The notes: a model not told the origin generated them from the sequence alone. Positions 20,153-32,176 are shown, numbered from the stretch's first letter. The stretch: DNA of 64,000 bases from Vicinamibacteria bacterium (GCA_963579735.1 CAUZIB010000001.1:65492-129491); one strand, 5' to 3'. Made by a program: numbers and translations.

Positions 20153-21211
20153 ATGGCGATTGAGCGCGTTCTCGTCTGCGAAGCCCAGACACCATTCGTC
20201 ACCGGCGGCGCGGAACATCACGTCCGTTCCTTGGTGCAAGAGCTGATCAAGCAGGGATACGAGACGTCGCTGGTCTCCGTCCCTTTCAAGTCCTATCCGA
20301 AGACGGAGATTCTTTCTCACGCCGCAGCGTGGCGCTTGCTCGATCTGAGCGGGGGCGACGGAAAATCAGTCGATCTCCTCATTGCGACGAAGTTCCCAAC
20401 CTACTTCGCTGGTCATCCGAACAAGGTCGCGTGGTTGATTCATCAGTATCGACCGGCCTACGAGTTGTGCGGAACCGTGTTCAGCGACTTTCATCACACC
20501 GAGTTCGACCTCGGTCTGCGCGAGCAGCTGATCAATCTCGACTGCGAGATGCTCGGCGAATGCCAACGCGTGTTCACGAACGCCCGGAACACGTCCAACC
20601 GACTGCAACGGTATAACGGCATCGCGAGCGCACCTCTTTATCATCCGCCGCGGCTGGCCAACCGCCTACGGAGTGGAGACTATGGCGACTATTTCCTCTC
20701 AGTGGGCCGACTGGAGACCATCAAACGCATCGACTTGTTGGTCAAAGCGATGCCGTGGGTCGACGCGACGGTGCGCCTGGTGGTTGTCGGCGACGGCACC
20801 CAGCGAGAACCGCTCGAAGCGTTGGCGGAAGAACTGAAAGTGAGCGACCGTATCGAGTTCAGGGGAATGGTCAGCGACGATGTCCTTGTCGCACTCTACG
20901 AAGGCGCCCTGGCGGTCGCCTACGCGCCATACGATGAGGACTACGGCTACGTGACGCTGGAGAGTTTTCTCGCGCGTCGACCGGTTGTGACCGCAGTAGA
21001 CTCAGGCGGGACACTCGAGTTTGTTGAAGATGGAGTGAACGGTTTTGTCTGCGAGGCTGAACCAGAGGCGCTGGCGGCCAGCCTCAACCGGATCGCGTCC
21101 GACCGCCGTCTGGCGTCGTCCCTCGGGACCGCGGGCTTTGAGCGAGCACGAGACGTGACCTGGGAAGGCGTGATCGAGAGACTGGTCGAGACCCCTCTCG
21201 TCGCGCTGTGA
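20153..21211 (+). CDS. glycosyltransferase family 4 (GT-B)
   Basis: 352 aa. C-terminal GT4 motif EDYGYVTLESFLARRPVVTAVDSGGTLEFVEDGVNGFV (E..G....E....G.PV......G..E). Confidence 0.8.
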   Translation: MAIERVLVCEAQTPFVTGGAEHHVRSLVQELIKQGYETSLVSVPFKSYPKTEILSHAAAWRLLDLSGGDGKSVDLLIATKFPTYFAGHPNKVAWLIHQYRPAYELCGTVFSDFHHTEFDLGLREQLINLDCEMLGECQRVFTNARNTSNRLQRYNGIASAPLYHPPRLANRLRSGDYGDYFLSVGRLETIKRIDLLVKAMPWVDATVRLVVVGDGTQREPLEALAEELKVSDRIEFRGMVSDDVLVALYEGALAVAYAPYDEDYGYVTLESFLARRPVVTAVDSGGTLEFVEDGVNGFVCEAEPEALAASLNRIASDRRLASSLGTAGFERARDVTWEGVIERLVETPLVAL

Positions 21212-21232
21212 CCAGTCTGTCCCGGTAACCCC

Positions 21233-23737
21233 ATGTTGAACACGACGCTCTCCATCCTCCTTGTGGGCTTTCTCCCCGGTGCCCTGCTGTTCCGCCTGCC
21301 CATTGCCCGCCGGGAACTCCGTGAACGTCTTTCGGCCGAAGAGCGGATTTTCTGGTATGTCGCTCTAAGCGTCGTGATCTCATCCGTCGTGGGACTTGGC
21401 ACAGCAGCGGCGGATTGGTATCGGTTTGACCGCGTGCTCTGGCTCAACGCCGCTCTGTGCCTCATTTTCGCAGTATTGAGTCGCGGCCGGTTTCTGCTCT
21501 CGCCCGGCGCGCCTCCATTAGGCCCGACCGCCCTACTCCCCGCGGGTCTGGTAGCCCTTGCGATCGGAATCTTCTTTCACGTTCCCGCCGCCGAATATGT
21601 CATCGGTGGCCGAGACCCAGGCGTCTACATCAACGAGGGAATCCAGATCGCTCAGCGCGGTTCACTCACTATCGACGATGACCTGGTGGCGTCCGTACCA
21701 GCCGAGTTCAGAGATCTGTTCTTTCTCAAACTACCAAGCGACTCGTACTACGGAACGCGTTTCTTGGGCTTTTTCCTGGTGGACGCAGACCGAGGCCAGG
21801 TCGTCGGACAATTCCCACACCTCTTCCCCGTGTGGGTGGCGTTCGGTTACGGCGTCAACGGTCTAACCGGGGCCCGTCAGGTTGTAGGCCTGTTCGCGGT
21901 CATGGGAGTTCTCGCGGTGTATTTCCTTGGCGTCTGGCTTGTCGGACGCCCGGGCGCGATCGTCGGGGCCTCTCTTCTGACACTCAACGTCGCCCAAGTC
22001 TGGTACAGCCGGTATCCAAACGCCGAAATGCCCCTGCAAGTGCTCGCCTGTGCGGGTCTCCTTGCGTGTAGTCGTTCCAGTGTCGACAAGGATCGGTTCT
22101 TCGGACCCATCGCCGCCGTCCTCTTCACCCTATCGGCTTTCGCTCACTTTTCGGCCGTCTTGGTCATCGGCGGCGTCGGCGTGGCCCTCCTCCTCGGCCT
22201 GATCGACGAACGCCGTCTACAAACGAGTTTTTTTCTGCCGTTGGCGGCGGGAGGACTACTTGCGGCCTGGTATTTCAGCACGACCCTCGGCCAGTATTTG
22301 GAACGCCCCACGAGCATCCTCCTTCGCGCGGGACCGCTTCAGGTCGCCTCGATGGTCGCCGGCGGGGTCGCTCTGCTAGCGCTCCTATGGACTGTAAGAC
22401 ACGACCGTCTTCGGTCGGTGCTCCGGGCGCACTCTCAATGGTGCATCCTTGGCGCGCTTGTGTGCCTGGCAACGTATGCCTATTTCTTCCGCGAGAGCGC
22501 GCCGGGTTTGGCAATTCACGACGCTGGGGCGCTGAGAGATTTTGCCCGCGTGTACGTCACTCCGATCGGTCTGGCGACGGCGTTCGTCGGATTGGCAATC
22601 CTCGTCAGGCAGTCGTTCTGGCGTAACGCCACATTCCTCATGGCCACCGTAGTTTTCGCGTGCTTCATCTTCTACAAGATCCGAATCATCCCCGAACACT
22701 TCTGGTTGTCGCGAAGGTTTCTGCCGATCATTCTTCCCGCCACATGCCTGTTGATTGGCACTGTTGTGGCGTATCCGTCGACGATGCCGTGGCGCCGCGC
22801 CCTATCACGCCCGCTCCGTTTTGCCATCCTCATACCGGGGCTGCTGCTGTGGGCCTTTCTCTCTGCACAATTTCTGTCCGTGACCCGGCCCATCCTCGAA
22901 CACGTGGAGTATGCAGGGGTTATTCCGCGCCTCGAGGCGTTGGAAGCGCAGTTCGCCGACGAAGACCTTATCCTCGTCGAAGCTCGCGATGCGTCCGACC
23001 TCCATACGTTGGCGGTGCCGCTCGCGTATGTGTATGCGCGACATGTGCTCCTCCTGAACGACCGAGACCCGGACCCTCACTCGTTTTCTCGGTTCCTGAC
23101 GTGGGCCAAAGGACGATATCGGCGTGTCCTCTTCGTCGGGGGCGGGGGCAGTCAGATCTTGTCGCCTGCGACGATGGCTACGCCGGTGGGTACCGAACAC
23201 TTCTTTGTGCCTGAATACGAGCGCTCATATCCGACCGTCCCCCAAGAAGTTCGGTTGAAGCAATATAACTTTGGGGTCTACGAACTGTTCCCGCGGCTGA
23301 CGACTGCGACAAACCTCGACGTCGATGTCGGGAACATGGACGACCTCTACGTTGCACGGTTTCACGGGAAAGAGAGCGGCAGCGGCGGTCGTCATTTCCG
23401 GTGGTCAACCGCGACGTCGTTCGTCTTGATCCCACAGCTCGCGCCCGAGGCCCAGACCCTCACCGTCTGGCTCAGTTCCGGCGGGCGTCCACCATCGCTT
23501 TCGCTACCAACGGTCGAGGTATTCATCGTGAACCAACCGCTCGGGACAGTCACTGTGAGCGACGGATTTCAACCTTACGAGTTCGCCATCTCCCAAAGCC
23601 TCGCCGAGGAGATCGCATCGAGCGACGAGCTGGTCCAGGTCACCCTCTCCTCCAACACATGGAGCCCGAGCGGCTCGCTTGGCGGCGACGACATCCGAGA
23701 GTTGGGCGTCATGGTTGACCGGCTACGGATCGAATGA
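21233..23737 (+). CDS. large polytopic membrane protein, GT-C (ArnT/PMT-like) glycosyltransferase candidate with ~250 aa soluble C-terminal domain
   Basis: 834 aa, 21 nt after the GT4 stop. More than 12 hydrophobic segments and an early loop GGRDPGVYINEG typical of GT-C enzymes. The C-terminal third is hydrophilic. The family call is tentative. Confidence 0.55.
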   Translation: MLNTTLSILLVGFLPGALLFRLPIARRELRERLSAEERIFWYVALSVVISSVVGLGTAAADWYRFDRVLWLNAALCLIFAVLSRGRFLLSPGAPPLGPTALLPAGLVALAIGIFFHVPAAEYVIGGRDPGVYINEGIQIAQRGSLTIDDDLVASVPAEFRDLFFLKLPSDSYYGTRFLGFFLVDADRGQVVGQFPHLFPVWVAFGYGVNGLTGARQVVGLFAVMGVLAVYFLGVWLVGRPGAIVGASLLTLNVAQVWYSRYPNAEMPLQVLACAGLLACSRSSVDKDRFFGPIAAVLFTLSAFAHFSAVLVIGGVGVALLLGLIDERRLQTSFFLPLAAGGLLAAWYFSTTLGQYLERPTSILLRAGPLQVASMVAGGVALLALLWTVRHDRLRSVLRAHSQWCILGALVCLATYAYFFRESAPGLAIHDAGALRDFARVYVTPIGLATAFVGLAILVRQSFWRNATFLMATVVFACFIFYKIRIIPEHFWLSRRFLPIILPATCLLIGTVVAYPSTMPWRRALSRPLRFAILIPGLLLWAFLSAQFLSVTRPILEHVEYAGVIPRLEALEAQFADEDLILVEARDASDLHTLAVPLAYVYARHVLLLNDRDPDPHSFSRFLTWAKGRYRRVLFVGGGGSQILSPATMATPVGTEHFFVPEYERSYPTVPQEVRLKQYNFGVYELFPRLTTATNLDVDVGNMDDLYVARFHGKESGSGGRHFRWSTATSFVLIPQLAPEAQTLTVWLSSGGRPPSLSLPTVEVFIVNQPLGTVTVSDGFQPYEFAISQSLAEEIASSDELVQVTLSSNTWSPSGSLGGDDIRELGVMVDRLRIE

Positions 23738-23775
23738 CCTGCGCCGCGGTCACGGATGGGCGGATGCCGGTGCGA

Positions 23776-25655
23776 TCAGTCCGATTTCAAAAGCGACCCG
23801 CGGGTCCAACCGGGCGGCACGCTGCACCGGAACGACGGTCTCGAGGATGGCTGTGTCAGCGGGTCGTAGGGGCGTATGCCGTAGAGCAGACTCGCCAGAC
23901 TGCGACCCACCGCTGTGGCCGTTGCCAGACCGGCGACAAGGCCGACACTTGCGATTGTCAAACCACCCCCCACTACAAGACGAACGAGCCACCCCGGAGA
24001 GGCGCCGATGGCGGCGCGGATTGAGAGCTCATGACGACGCTCGGTCACAGCGCGGCCAAGTGTGCCAAACAAACCCACCATGGACACGGCGAGCGCCAGA
24101 GCGGCGAGGGCGAGGGCGGGTAGGAGCTGCAAGCGGCGGCCGGTGATCGAGTCCGCGATGTGGCTCTCGAGCGTCCGCACGTCGGGGAGTGGGAGATTCG
24201 GGTTCAACTCGCCGATCAGGCTGCGCACGGTCGGTATCAAAGTCGCTGGATTGGCACTACTGCGCACGACGAGATGGGACAAACCGACCGGTCTGAGTTG
24301 CCAGAAGACATAGACGGATGCGTCTCGGTCCCCTTCGAGTCCCGCGTATTTCATGTCGGCCACTACCCCCAGCACACGGGTGTCGGCGGTCACGGCCATT
24401 GCCTCGATGGCGAATCGCATGTTGCCGAGAACCGCGTCTCCCGAGGGAAAGAGAAAGCGAGCGCCTCAAAGAACCCGGACGTCACAGCACCGAAGGACAA
24501 CACGATCGAATCGTCGCGCGTATCGCTCCGAAAGCGCAGATTGATCGATGTCGGGAAAGCGAGCGTTGTCCACCATCAGCCGCGCGGTCAGCACGGGACC
24601 GGGGTCAAACCCGCCGTCTTCTGCCAAGAGCGTGTTGATGCTACGCGCCAGAAGACCGGCCCCGGTCAGAAGCACAATGGCCATGGCGACCTGTCCGGCC
24701 ACCAACCCCGCCCGAAGCCCCTGCATGGGCGGCGTGACAGACCGCGTCGTGCCACGAACGAGCTCCGCGTCGTGACCACGGAGTGCACCGGCGGCCGATG
24801 CTGAAGCACACATCAAGGCGACCACGAACGCCAGCACGGTTGCGGCGACCGTTGTCGTGAGGTCAAGACGCATTTCCGCGACTCGTGGGAGAAACGTAAA
24901 TACCTGAGCGGTGAACGCTGCAAGTGACGCCCACGCCACAAGCAGGCCGGCCGCACCCCCCCCCCCACCGCGAGGACCGCGCCCTCGACCCTCGCCGGCC
25001 GGAGCACTCGCCGCGCGCCGGCGCCCAAGGCCCGCCGCAGCAGAAATTCTCGGCGTCGCGCGACCGAGCGACCGATGAGCAGTGTGACCACATTCGCGCA
25101 GGCGACGATTAGCTGGTGGGCATGATCCCGACGATTTCGAGGCGAAGGTCGCCCAGCGAGATCACTTGACCGATTGCCGACGCGTCTTCGGTCTCCGCCA
25201 ACTGGGCCGCCATGCGGGCGCTGACAACCGCACAGGGGTCGCCTCGTGCCAGATTTGGCGCGGTGCCCGCGGTAGCTGGAAGAGCGAGCACCTCGAAGAA
25301 CCGTTCGGACACAAATGCCGTCGGGGTGATCCGTGCCAACCCGGCATCGCCTCGGACACTCCGGTCGCGCACTTCATAACCGGCCACGTCCGCGGTGCGG
25401 ATCCGGTCTGTCCACTCCACGAACTGCTCCGCGCCCACCCCGCCCGCAGGGTCTCCGCGGTGGTTCAAAGTGAGCGCCGCAAGCCTGTCTGCCTCCGGAT
25501 AGGGCAGCGGGCGCCACAGTATGGTGTAGGCAACGGCGAACACCGCCGCGTTGAGTCCGAGGCCCCGGAGCCAACGTGACGACAGACACCGCGGTGAAGC
25601 CGGGCTGGCGGGCCAGCGACCGAATGGTCAGCCGAAGCTCGTGGAGAAGGTCCAT
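23776..25655 (-). pseudogene. ADOP/MacB-type FtsX-domain ABC permease, multiply disrupted
   Basis: Pieces lie in at least 4 frames. They read MDLLHELRLTIRSLARQPGFTAVSVVTLA / FAVAYTILWRPLPYPEADRL...EIVGIMPTS(stop) / ANVVTLLIGRSVARRREFLLRRALGAGARR / WASLAAF...AGLVAGQVAMAIVLLTGAGLLARS / C-terminal FtsX domain ...ERRHELSIRAAIGASPGWLVRLVVGGGL. Large parts of both periplasmic domains are absent. Confidence 0.7.
24956..24966. repeat. C11/G11 homopolymer inside the dead permease, coincident with a frameshift
   Basis: The plus strand reads ...gca ccccccccccc acc... On the coding (minus) strand, GTG+G run encodes VGGG, and the downstream sequence AAGLLVAWASLAAF is in frame only if the run were 12 (or 9) G. 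Confidence 0.8.
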
Positions 25656-25698
25656 TTCAACGATCGGTCCCCGTCTGTCCCGCGACGGGCGACGTTCA

Positions 25699-27141
25699 TC
25701 ATTCGTCGGTTGGCGTAACAGCCCGGCGGCTGACCACAAAGGTCGACAGACTCTGGGCCTCGTTGCTGAACACGCCGTCGGTCAGTGGCGCATAGAGCTC
25801 CAAACTGGCTTGAAGCAGTGACCCGTCGTGCAAGACGCTCACCTCGTCGGCCGTCAGACCGGCGCGATGCACAGACCAATTCCGGTAGTCTGCCGGAGCC
25901 GATACGGCGGTCGACGAGCCCGGTCCCGGTCCGCCCAGCACGAAGCGATCGGGCTGGAGGCGCTCAGCGACGGTGCCGACCAGCCGTCCATCGACGTAGA
26001 AATCTGTCTCACCCCTGGCGACATAGTGGCTCACCGTGACGTGATGCCACTGGCCATCGGCGGCGGGCATAGGAGAAATGACCGCGTTGCCTTGTGCCGC
26101 GGCGTATACCCAGCGATCGTTCTCGATGCTCACCGACGCGTTGAACCGCTGTCCGCTCGCTGTCAGTGCCATAGCCTCGAATTCCCGGGTTGTTCCCCGA
26201 CGGGTCGGCACACTTACCCATTCCACCGCCGCGTCGAGGGTGTGTCCGCCTATGCTGGCGACGGTCCCGTCGTCCGCCGCTCGTACGGCGAAGGTCAACG
26301 CAAACGACCTCATCGTATCGTCGACGGTCATCGTCAACGGAGAGGGATCGACGCCTCGCACGCGGGCAAAACCGGTCGCGGTCGATGCGGTCGGGATCGG
26401 TTTTCCGGCCGCGAGGGCGTCAAAAAGTGTCGGCACAAACGCGTGGAACATCTCGGTGTGACCCGCCGCGTTGGGATGGATCGGTTCGGGTGTGAAACCG
26501 CGGGCCCACCGACCATAGCCGTCGTCGACGGCGCCAAGCAGGTTCACACTTGGCACGTCCCACGAATTGATCTCTATGTTCGTCTGACGTGTGTAGGCAT
26601 ACTCCACTTCATCGAAGTCGCCGCGTGTATACGTCAGACCGACGACGGGCACCATGTCGTGGTCACGAGCGCGCTGGATGAGCCGCTGCAGCCCATCGGC
26701 GAATTGTCGGGCGGTTGCCGCCACGCCTTCTCGTCCCACCGAGCATCGAGATGGATCCTGCCCGGGCGCACAGAGCTTGATTCCCTCATTCCCGAGAGAC
26801 AGCGCGATCACGACGTATTCGGCATTTGCGGGCGTGAGATAGCGCGTGTTCAGGTCGGGTTCCCCCTCTGGCTCGAATCGTGGCGTGATGGTGATGGTGT
26901 TGTCACCGCCGCGGGAGACGTTGAGCACGTCCCAGCCTCGGGGTTCGAGCAATTGTCGCAGCCGGCCGGTATACCCGCCGAGATTCAGCTCATCGCCGGT
27001 GCCGTTGGGAACCGATGAGCCCCAGAGTGCGATCCTCCCGGACCGCTCGTCGGGGTCGGCAGTTTGAGCGTTGATCGCAGCGGGTAAGAAAACGAGTGAG
27101 AGCAGGGCGGGGACGACGGCGCGAAAACCGGAGGCGGTCAT
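25699..27141 (-). CDS. secreted SGNH/GDSL hydrolase fused to a LamG/concanavalin-A-like domain
   Basis: ATG at 27141. Signal MTASGFRAVVPALLSLVFLPAAINA. SGNH blocks (IALWGSSVPNG; SRGGDN; SLGNEG; PIHPNAAGH). C-terminal lectin-like region (WHHVTVSHYVARGETDFYVDGRLVG). Confidence 0.7.
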   Translation of the reverse strand: MTASGFRAVVPALLSLVFLPAAINAQTADPDERSGRIALWGSSVPNGTGDELNLGGYTGRLRQLLEPRGWDVLNVSRGGDNTITITPRFEPEGEPDLNTRYLTPANAEYVVIALSLGNEGIKLCAPGQDPSRCSVGREGVAATARQFADGLQRLIQRARDHDMVPVVGLTYTRGDFDEVEYAYTRQTNIEINSWDVPSVNLLGAVDDGYGRWARGFTPEPIHPNAAGHTEMFHAFVPTLFDALAAGKPIPTASTATGFARVRGVDPSPLTMTVDDTMRSFALTFAVRAADDGTVASIGGHTLDAAVEWVSVPTRRGTTREFEAMALTASGQRFNASVSIENDRWVYAAAQGNAVISPMPAADGQWHHVTVSHYVARGETDFYVDGRLVGTVAERLQPDRFVLGGPGPGSSTAVSAPADYRNWSVHRAGLTADEVSVLHDGSLLQASLELYAPLTDGVFSNEAQSLSTFVVSRRAVTPTDE

Positions 27142-27479
27142 GGCGTGTTCCTTTCGATGCGTACCGTTCGCTTCAATGCGGGCCGTTGCGACACGGTCAG
27201 ACGCGGCGCAGAATAGCACGGACGATGGGACACCGGACCCAATTCGTAAGGGCCAATGATGTAGCGATGCAACTCGGCAATCCAGCGCAGTTAGCACGGA
27301 GAGCACAACCCAGAGGGTGGAAGGATCGGATGCTTGTCAACTCGTAGACGAAAGCTTGTGTCGGGTCTGGGAAGGTATGCATCGGAAGCGCCCGTACTTA
27401 TGGTCACGGCGTCGAAGATGGGACCGCAGTTTCGAGGCGGCGTGGGTCTTAAACTTAAGCTGCCTCCTGGTCCACCGCT

Positions 27480-30400
27480 CTAGTGAAAGTCGCGGCTGCC
27501 GGCCGTGTGCAGACTCGTCACGATTTCGGGCACCCAGAGTTGGTCGGCGACCAGATGCACGACATCAGACTCTTTTTGAAGCTTGCCGCTCACCCCGAGA
27601 AATGACGCCGTGCGGGCGATCACGGCGTAGTCTTCAAACACCTGCTTCCAGATCACGACGTTTACAAAGCCGGTCTCGTCCTCGAGCGTCATGAACGTCA
27701 CCCCCGAGGCCGTCCCGGGTCGTTGCCGACAGACCACGATACCCGCATAGCGGACCCGTCGACCGTGCGACATCTTTCCGACGGTCTGGGCGTCTGGAAG
27801 CTTTTTGGCCGTCAACGTATCTCGGAGAGGCGAGAGTGGATGGCCGTGGGTGCTGTGTCCGCTAAATTGATAGTCCCAGTTGATCGTGTGACACGCACCG
27901 AGCGGCTCAAACTCTGGCACCGGCTCGCGGGGTGACATTGGCAACGCGATATCGGTCACCGTCTTGAGGCCTTGCGCGTTCCATAACGCGGTCCGGCGCT
28001 CACCCTCAAACGTGGCGAAGGCGCCGGCTTCGGCCAACCGTCGCACGATGCGGTCGTCGAGTCCGGTGCGACGGGTGAAATCCTCCAGAGACGTGAATGG
28101 CTGGGCCTCTCGAGCGGCTTCGATTCGTTTCCAGTCACGCTCTTCCGACAGACTCTTTACATAACGAAGACCTATCCGGACCGCAAACGGCCGAGCCGTC
28201 TCCTCCCGGCCCTCGACGGGATGACGTTCTAGGGTGCAATCCCACTGGCTGACCATTACGTCAATCGGACGCACATCCACCCCGTGACGGCGCGTGTCCT
28301 CGACGATCGTCGCTGGCGTATAGAAGCCCATCGGTTGTGCGTTGAGAAGCGAGCAGGTGAAGACGTCCGGGTAATGACAACGTAGCCACGCCGTGGAGTA
28401 TGCGATCAGCGCAAAGCTCGCCGCGTGGCTCTCGGGAAAACCGTATTCACCAAACCCGCGGATCTGCTCGAATACTCGCTCTGCAAACTCCCGAGCAATA
28501 CCTTTTGCCATCATGCGCGTGACCAATCGCTCGCGATGACGTTCGATCCGCCCGGAACGTTGCCAGGCCGCCATGTCCCGTCGCAACTGGTCGGCCTCAC
28601 CCGGCGTATAGTCGGCCGCCACGACGGCCAGCCTCATCACTTGTTCTTGAAACAGTGGCACGCCAAGCGTTTTCTTGAGTACCGGCTCGAGACAGGGGTG
28701 CGGATAAACAACCGTCTCCTCTTTATTTCGACGTCTGAGATAGGGGTGCACCATGCCACCCGTGATGGGACCAGGCCGCACGATGCTCACCTCGATGACG
28801 AGGTCGTAATACTTCTCTGGCTTGAGCCGGGGCAACATCGCCATCTGCGCCCGACTCTCGATTTGGAAAACACCGACCGTGTCTCCCTTGCAAATTTGTG
28901 CATAGGTATCCGGATCGTCAGAGGGGATCTCGGCCAGAGTGAGCGTGTGGTCGTAGTGCTGGTCGAGCAGCTGAAAACTCAGATCAAGCTGGGTGAGCGC
29001 ACCGAGTCCGAGAAGGTCAACCTTGAATAGACCAAGGTCTTCGATGTCGTGTTTGTCCCACTGGATCACCGTTCGGTCGGCCATCGTCGCATTCTCGATC
29101 GGCACCAGGTCGTGAACGGGCTCGTGCCCAAGAAGAAAGCCCCCCGGATGGATCGAGAGATGACGCGGAAAGTCCTGGATCTCTTCCGTCAGCCGAAAGA
29201 AGTGATCGTGGATTGGGGAGGCCGGGTCGAGCCCCGCGTGGGTCAGCGCCAACGCATCCAGTCGGCTGTAGTGCGAGATGAGCTTTGCCACCCGATCGGT
29301 CGACGTCTCGGACAGACCAATCGCCTTCCCAACTTCACGGACGGCTGACCGGCCACGATACCGCACAATGTTTGCCACCATTGCCGCGTGGTCCCGACCA
29401 TACTTCTGATAGACATGCTGGATGACCTCCTCCCGCCGGGCGTGCATGATGTCGAGGTCAATATCGGGCGGCTCGGCCCGCTCGCGGGAAAGAAATCGTT
29501 CGAAGAGCAGCCCTAGGTGCACCGGGTCGACTGCGGTTATCCCAAGGCAGTAGCACACCACCGAGTTTGCCGCCGAGCCGCGCCCCTGACACAAGATGCC
29601 TTCCTGCCGACAGAATCGGACAATCTCCCACATCGTCAAGAAATAGCCGTCGTAGTCGAGCTCGCTAATCAGCGCGAGCTCTTTATCGATCTTGTCGCGG
29701 GCAGCCGGGCGAAGAACATCCCCAAAACGTTCGCGGGCACCGCAGAAGGTCAACTCACGAAGCCAAGCGGTTGACGTCTTGCCGCTTGGCAAGCGTTCAG
29801 AGGGATAGCGGTAGCGGATCTCGGACAACGTAAATGTGCAGCGCGAGGCGATCTCCTGAGTGCGCGCGATCAATGCGGGCTCATCGGTAAACAACTGTGT
29901 CATCACATGAGGAGTTTTTACGTCGTGCTCGGCGTTCGACTTTGTCAGCTGACCGGCGGTATTCAGCGTGACGCCGTGTTTGATGCAGGTGATGACATCC
30001 TGGAGGTCTCGTCGGGCCGGGGTGTGATAGAGCACTTCCGTTGCCCCCACCAGCGGAATATTGGCCCGTTCGGCGTGACGACGGACCCACGCTTCTTGCC
30101 GCACTTCCTCAGCGCGTCGATGCCGGCTCACGACCGCATAGAGTCGGTCACCAAAGGCCTCGCGCATCTCGGCAAACACTACATGTGGGTCTTTGTCATG
30201 GTCATCGTCCGTGACGTGCCTCTCCCCGTGGACATCGCTCCGTGATGCCATCGCGCGGCGGTCACCACCCCACAACGCCAGAACGCCGTCCGCGTGTTCG
30301 CGCACCTCTCGCCAGGCCACGCTCGACTCTCCTTTTGGCCGACGTAACCGACCGACCGTGAGGAGACGACAGAGGTTGGTGTAGCCAATTCGATCTGTCG

Positions 30401-30644
30401 CGAGCAGCAGACACGTGGAGGGATACACGGGGTCGTCGATCGTGACTTCGGCGCCCACGACCAGGTGCACGCCAAGCTCTTGCGCTTTCATATGCGCACG
30501 CACCACGCCGTAGAGACCATCACGGTCGGTGATCGCCAGCGACGGTATGCCGAGCGCATGGGCACGCTCGACAAGCTCTTCGGGATGACTCGCGCCTTCG
30601 AGAAACGAGAAGTTGCTCTTGCACCAGAGCGGGACATACGTCAT
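27480..30644 (-). CDS. dnaE2: error-prone DNA polymerase III alpha-like subunit DnaE2 (ImuC)
   Basis: About 1054 aa from the ATG at 30644. PHP N-terminus [46 protein letters not shown]. Pol IIIa core ([17 protein letters not shown]; DIDLD). Its start forms ATGA with the imuB stop. Confidence 0.9.
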   Translation of the reverse strand: MTYVPLWCKSNFSFLEGASHPEELVERAHALGIPSLAITDRDGLYGVVRAHMKAQELGVHLVVGAEVTIDDPVYPSTCLLLATDRIGYTNLCRLLTVGRLRRPKGESSVAWREVREHADGVLALWGGDRRAMASRSDVHGERHVTDDDHDKDPHVVFAEMREAFGDRLYAVVSRHRRAEEVRQEAWVRRHAERANIPLVGATEVLYHTPARRDLQDVITCIKHGVTLNTAGQLTKSNAEHDVKTPHVMTQLFTDEPALIARTQEIASRCTFTLSEIRYRYPSERLPSGKTSTAWLRELTFCGARERFGDVLRPAARDKIDKELALISELDYDGYFLTMWEIVRFCRQEGILCQGRGSAANSVVCYCLGITAVDPVHLGLLFERFLSRERAEPPDIDLDIMHARREEVIQHVYQKYGRDHAAMVANIVRYRGRSAVREVGKAIGLSETSTDRVAKLISHYSRLDALALTHAGLDPASPIHDHFFRLTEEIQDFPRHLSIHPGGFLLGHEPVHDLVPIENATMADRTVIQWDKHDIEDLGLFKVDLLGLGALTQLDLSFQLLDQHYDHTLTLAEIPSDDPDTYAQICKGDTVGVFQIESRAQMAMLPRLKPEKYYDLVIEVSIVRPGPITGGMVHPYLRRRNKEETVVYPHPCLEPVLKKTLGVPLFQEQVMRLAVVAADYTPGEADQLRRDMAAWQRSGRIERHRERLVTRMMAKGIAREFAERVFEQIRGFGEYGFPESHAASFALIAYSTAWLRCHYPDVFTCSLLNAQPMGFYTPATIVEDTRRHGVDVRPIDVMVSQWDCTLERHPVEGREETARPFAVRIGLRYVKSLSEERDWKRIEAAREAQPFTSLEDFTRRTGLDDRIVRRLAEAGAFATFEGERRTALWNAQGLKTVTDIALPMSPREPVPEFEPLGACHTINWDYQFSGHSTHGHPLSPLRDTLTAKKLPDAQTVGKMSHGRRVRYAGIVVCRQRPGTASGVTFMTLEDETGFVNVVIWKQVFEDYAVIARTASFLGVSGKLQKESDVVHLVADQLWVPEIVTSLHTAGSRDFH

Positions 30645-32176
30645 TCCACCCGCCCTTGCCAGCACCACCGTCGACGTGAACGGTCATAGAAAATCCAGAG
30701 CATGTCCCCCGCCCGCATCTGAGCGAAGTAATACTCACGGTGCACAATCGACCGCCACCAGCCGCCAGACACCAGATACGGTCCCGCCAGATCTTTGACA
30801 TGGCCGTTCGCGCCACCACACAGCAGCCATCCGTCCGGCTCGTGACGCGGACGAGGTGGAAGCGGGATTGGGTGTGTGTGAATCCGACGAACCATCGGTC
30901 GGCAGGCCACATCACGCGGCGCCGGTCGGCTGATCGTCTCGACCGATTCCCAGACAAACTGCGCTTCTGGCAGGTGTCCGTCGGTAAGACGCGCCCGCAC
31001 GACGACATCGTTCCCAAACTCAGCGCGGATACGCGCCAGCGCGCGATTCGCCGTCGCCAAGACGCGACGCGGTTGCTCGGCAAACAACCTCGACTGGACC
31101 GGTGCCGTCCTCACGGCCGTCGCGGTGGCATGAATCTCGATCACCCCGGCCGGAAGCGCCACTGACTCGAGACGTAACCGGACGAGGTTCATCAGCTGCG
31201 CCATATCTACCGTCGGGGCGGCGGGTCGGATCTGTTCGGGATGAGTGCCGGTATGGTCAAGCCGAAGACGCAGTGTCAGCTCGACTAGCGCCTGATGACG
31301 GGCAGTCATACGACTCAACAACCGATTCAACAGACGCTTTATGGAAAAGAGCAGTCGAGCGATATCGGTCACTGGCTCGTCGAGATGAAGAGACTGAGCG
31401 AGTGGGTCTTTGACCTTGAGCGGCTGCAATGGTGCCCAGAGGTCGCCTGCCGCCAGCCGATGCAGACGATGCGCCTCCTCGCCAAAGCGCCGGCGCACCC
31501 CCGCGGCCGGAAGCTCAAGAAACGCGCGTATTGTGCGAACCCCAAGTTTGTGCAAACCGTCCCGAAGGTGGGGCTCGATCTCCAATCGAGCTAAAGGAAC
31601 CTGTCCCGCCAGCACGCGCTCCCGAGCGAGATCCGGAATGATAGCGACTCGCTTCTTTGGCGCAGCGTCGTTTCTTGACGCACTGACTTCTTTGGCGACC
31701 GCATACGAGCCAAACCTCGTAAAACCCACTGCCAGCGTCGCGTGAAACCCCCAGGTCTGAAACGTCGAGTAAATACGAGTTGCCCACTCACGGGGTGACG
31801 TATATAGCTGAGACAACCCCGACGCGTTTAACCAGAAAATCCCCGCCTCGCCTCGAAAATGATGGCCCCCCAGACCACCTGTCCAGCACGGTTCGACGTC
31901 AGGACTAAACCGTTGCAATCGCTTGGCAAGCATCGATACACCTTCGGTGATGTCGGTGTCTGGCACTTCACCGGCATGCAGCGTCCGAGCAAGCGACAGA
32001 CCGGCGCTGTAACGCATCCCGGTCCGGATACGACTGGCCCTAGCGTGCTCGTTCACCCACAAGATGACTCCCTGCGGCTTGTCACGGTCGACGACCACCA
32101 CCGGCCGGGCGGCCCAGTCGGGGTGTCGCTTGAGCAGCAGCTGGAGCGGAAACGCCGGAAGCTCAACGCATGCCAT
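30641..32176 (-). CDS. imuB: ImuB, Y-family-polymerase-like protein of the imuA-imuB-dnaE2 cassette
   Basis: Start [29 protein letters not shown] at 32176, the typical ImuB N-terminus. It sits between imuA and dnaE2 and overlaps both neighbours (14 nt and 4 nt). Confidence 0.85.
   Translation of the reverse strand: MACVELPAFPLQLLLKRHPDWAARPVVVVDRDKPQGVILWVNEHARASRIRTGMRYSAGLSLARTLHAGEVPDTDITEGVSMLAKRLQRFSPDVEPCWTGGLGGHHFRGEAGIFWLNASGLSQLYTSPREWATRIYSTFQTWGFHATLAVGFTRFGSYAVAKEVSASRNDAAPKKRVAIIPDLARERVLAGQVPLARLEIEPHLRDGLHKLGVRTIRAFLELPAAGVRRRFGEEAHRLHRLAAGDLWAPLQPLKVKDPLAQSLHLDEPVTDIARLLFSIKRLLNRLLSRMTARHQALVELTLRLRLDHTGTHPEQIRPAAPTVDMAQLMNLVRLRLESVALPAGVIEIHATATAVRTAPVQSRLFAEQPRRVLATANRALARIRAEFGNDVVVRARLTDGHLPEAQFVWESVETISRPAPRDVACRPMVRRIHTHPIPLPPRPRHEPDGWLLCGGANGHVKDLAGPYLVSGGWWRSIVHREYYFAQMRAGDMLWIFYDRSRRRWCWQGRVE

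Noticed and set aside
27142-27479. A 340-nt gap between dnaE2 and the SGNH gene, as a possible sRNA or regulatory element (near-palindrome CTTAAACTTAAG at about 27451).
   Set aside because: The palindrome is imperfect and short, with no terminator-like hairpin/U-tract or conserved motif visible. It cannot be supported from sequence alone.
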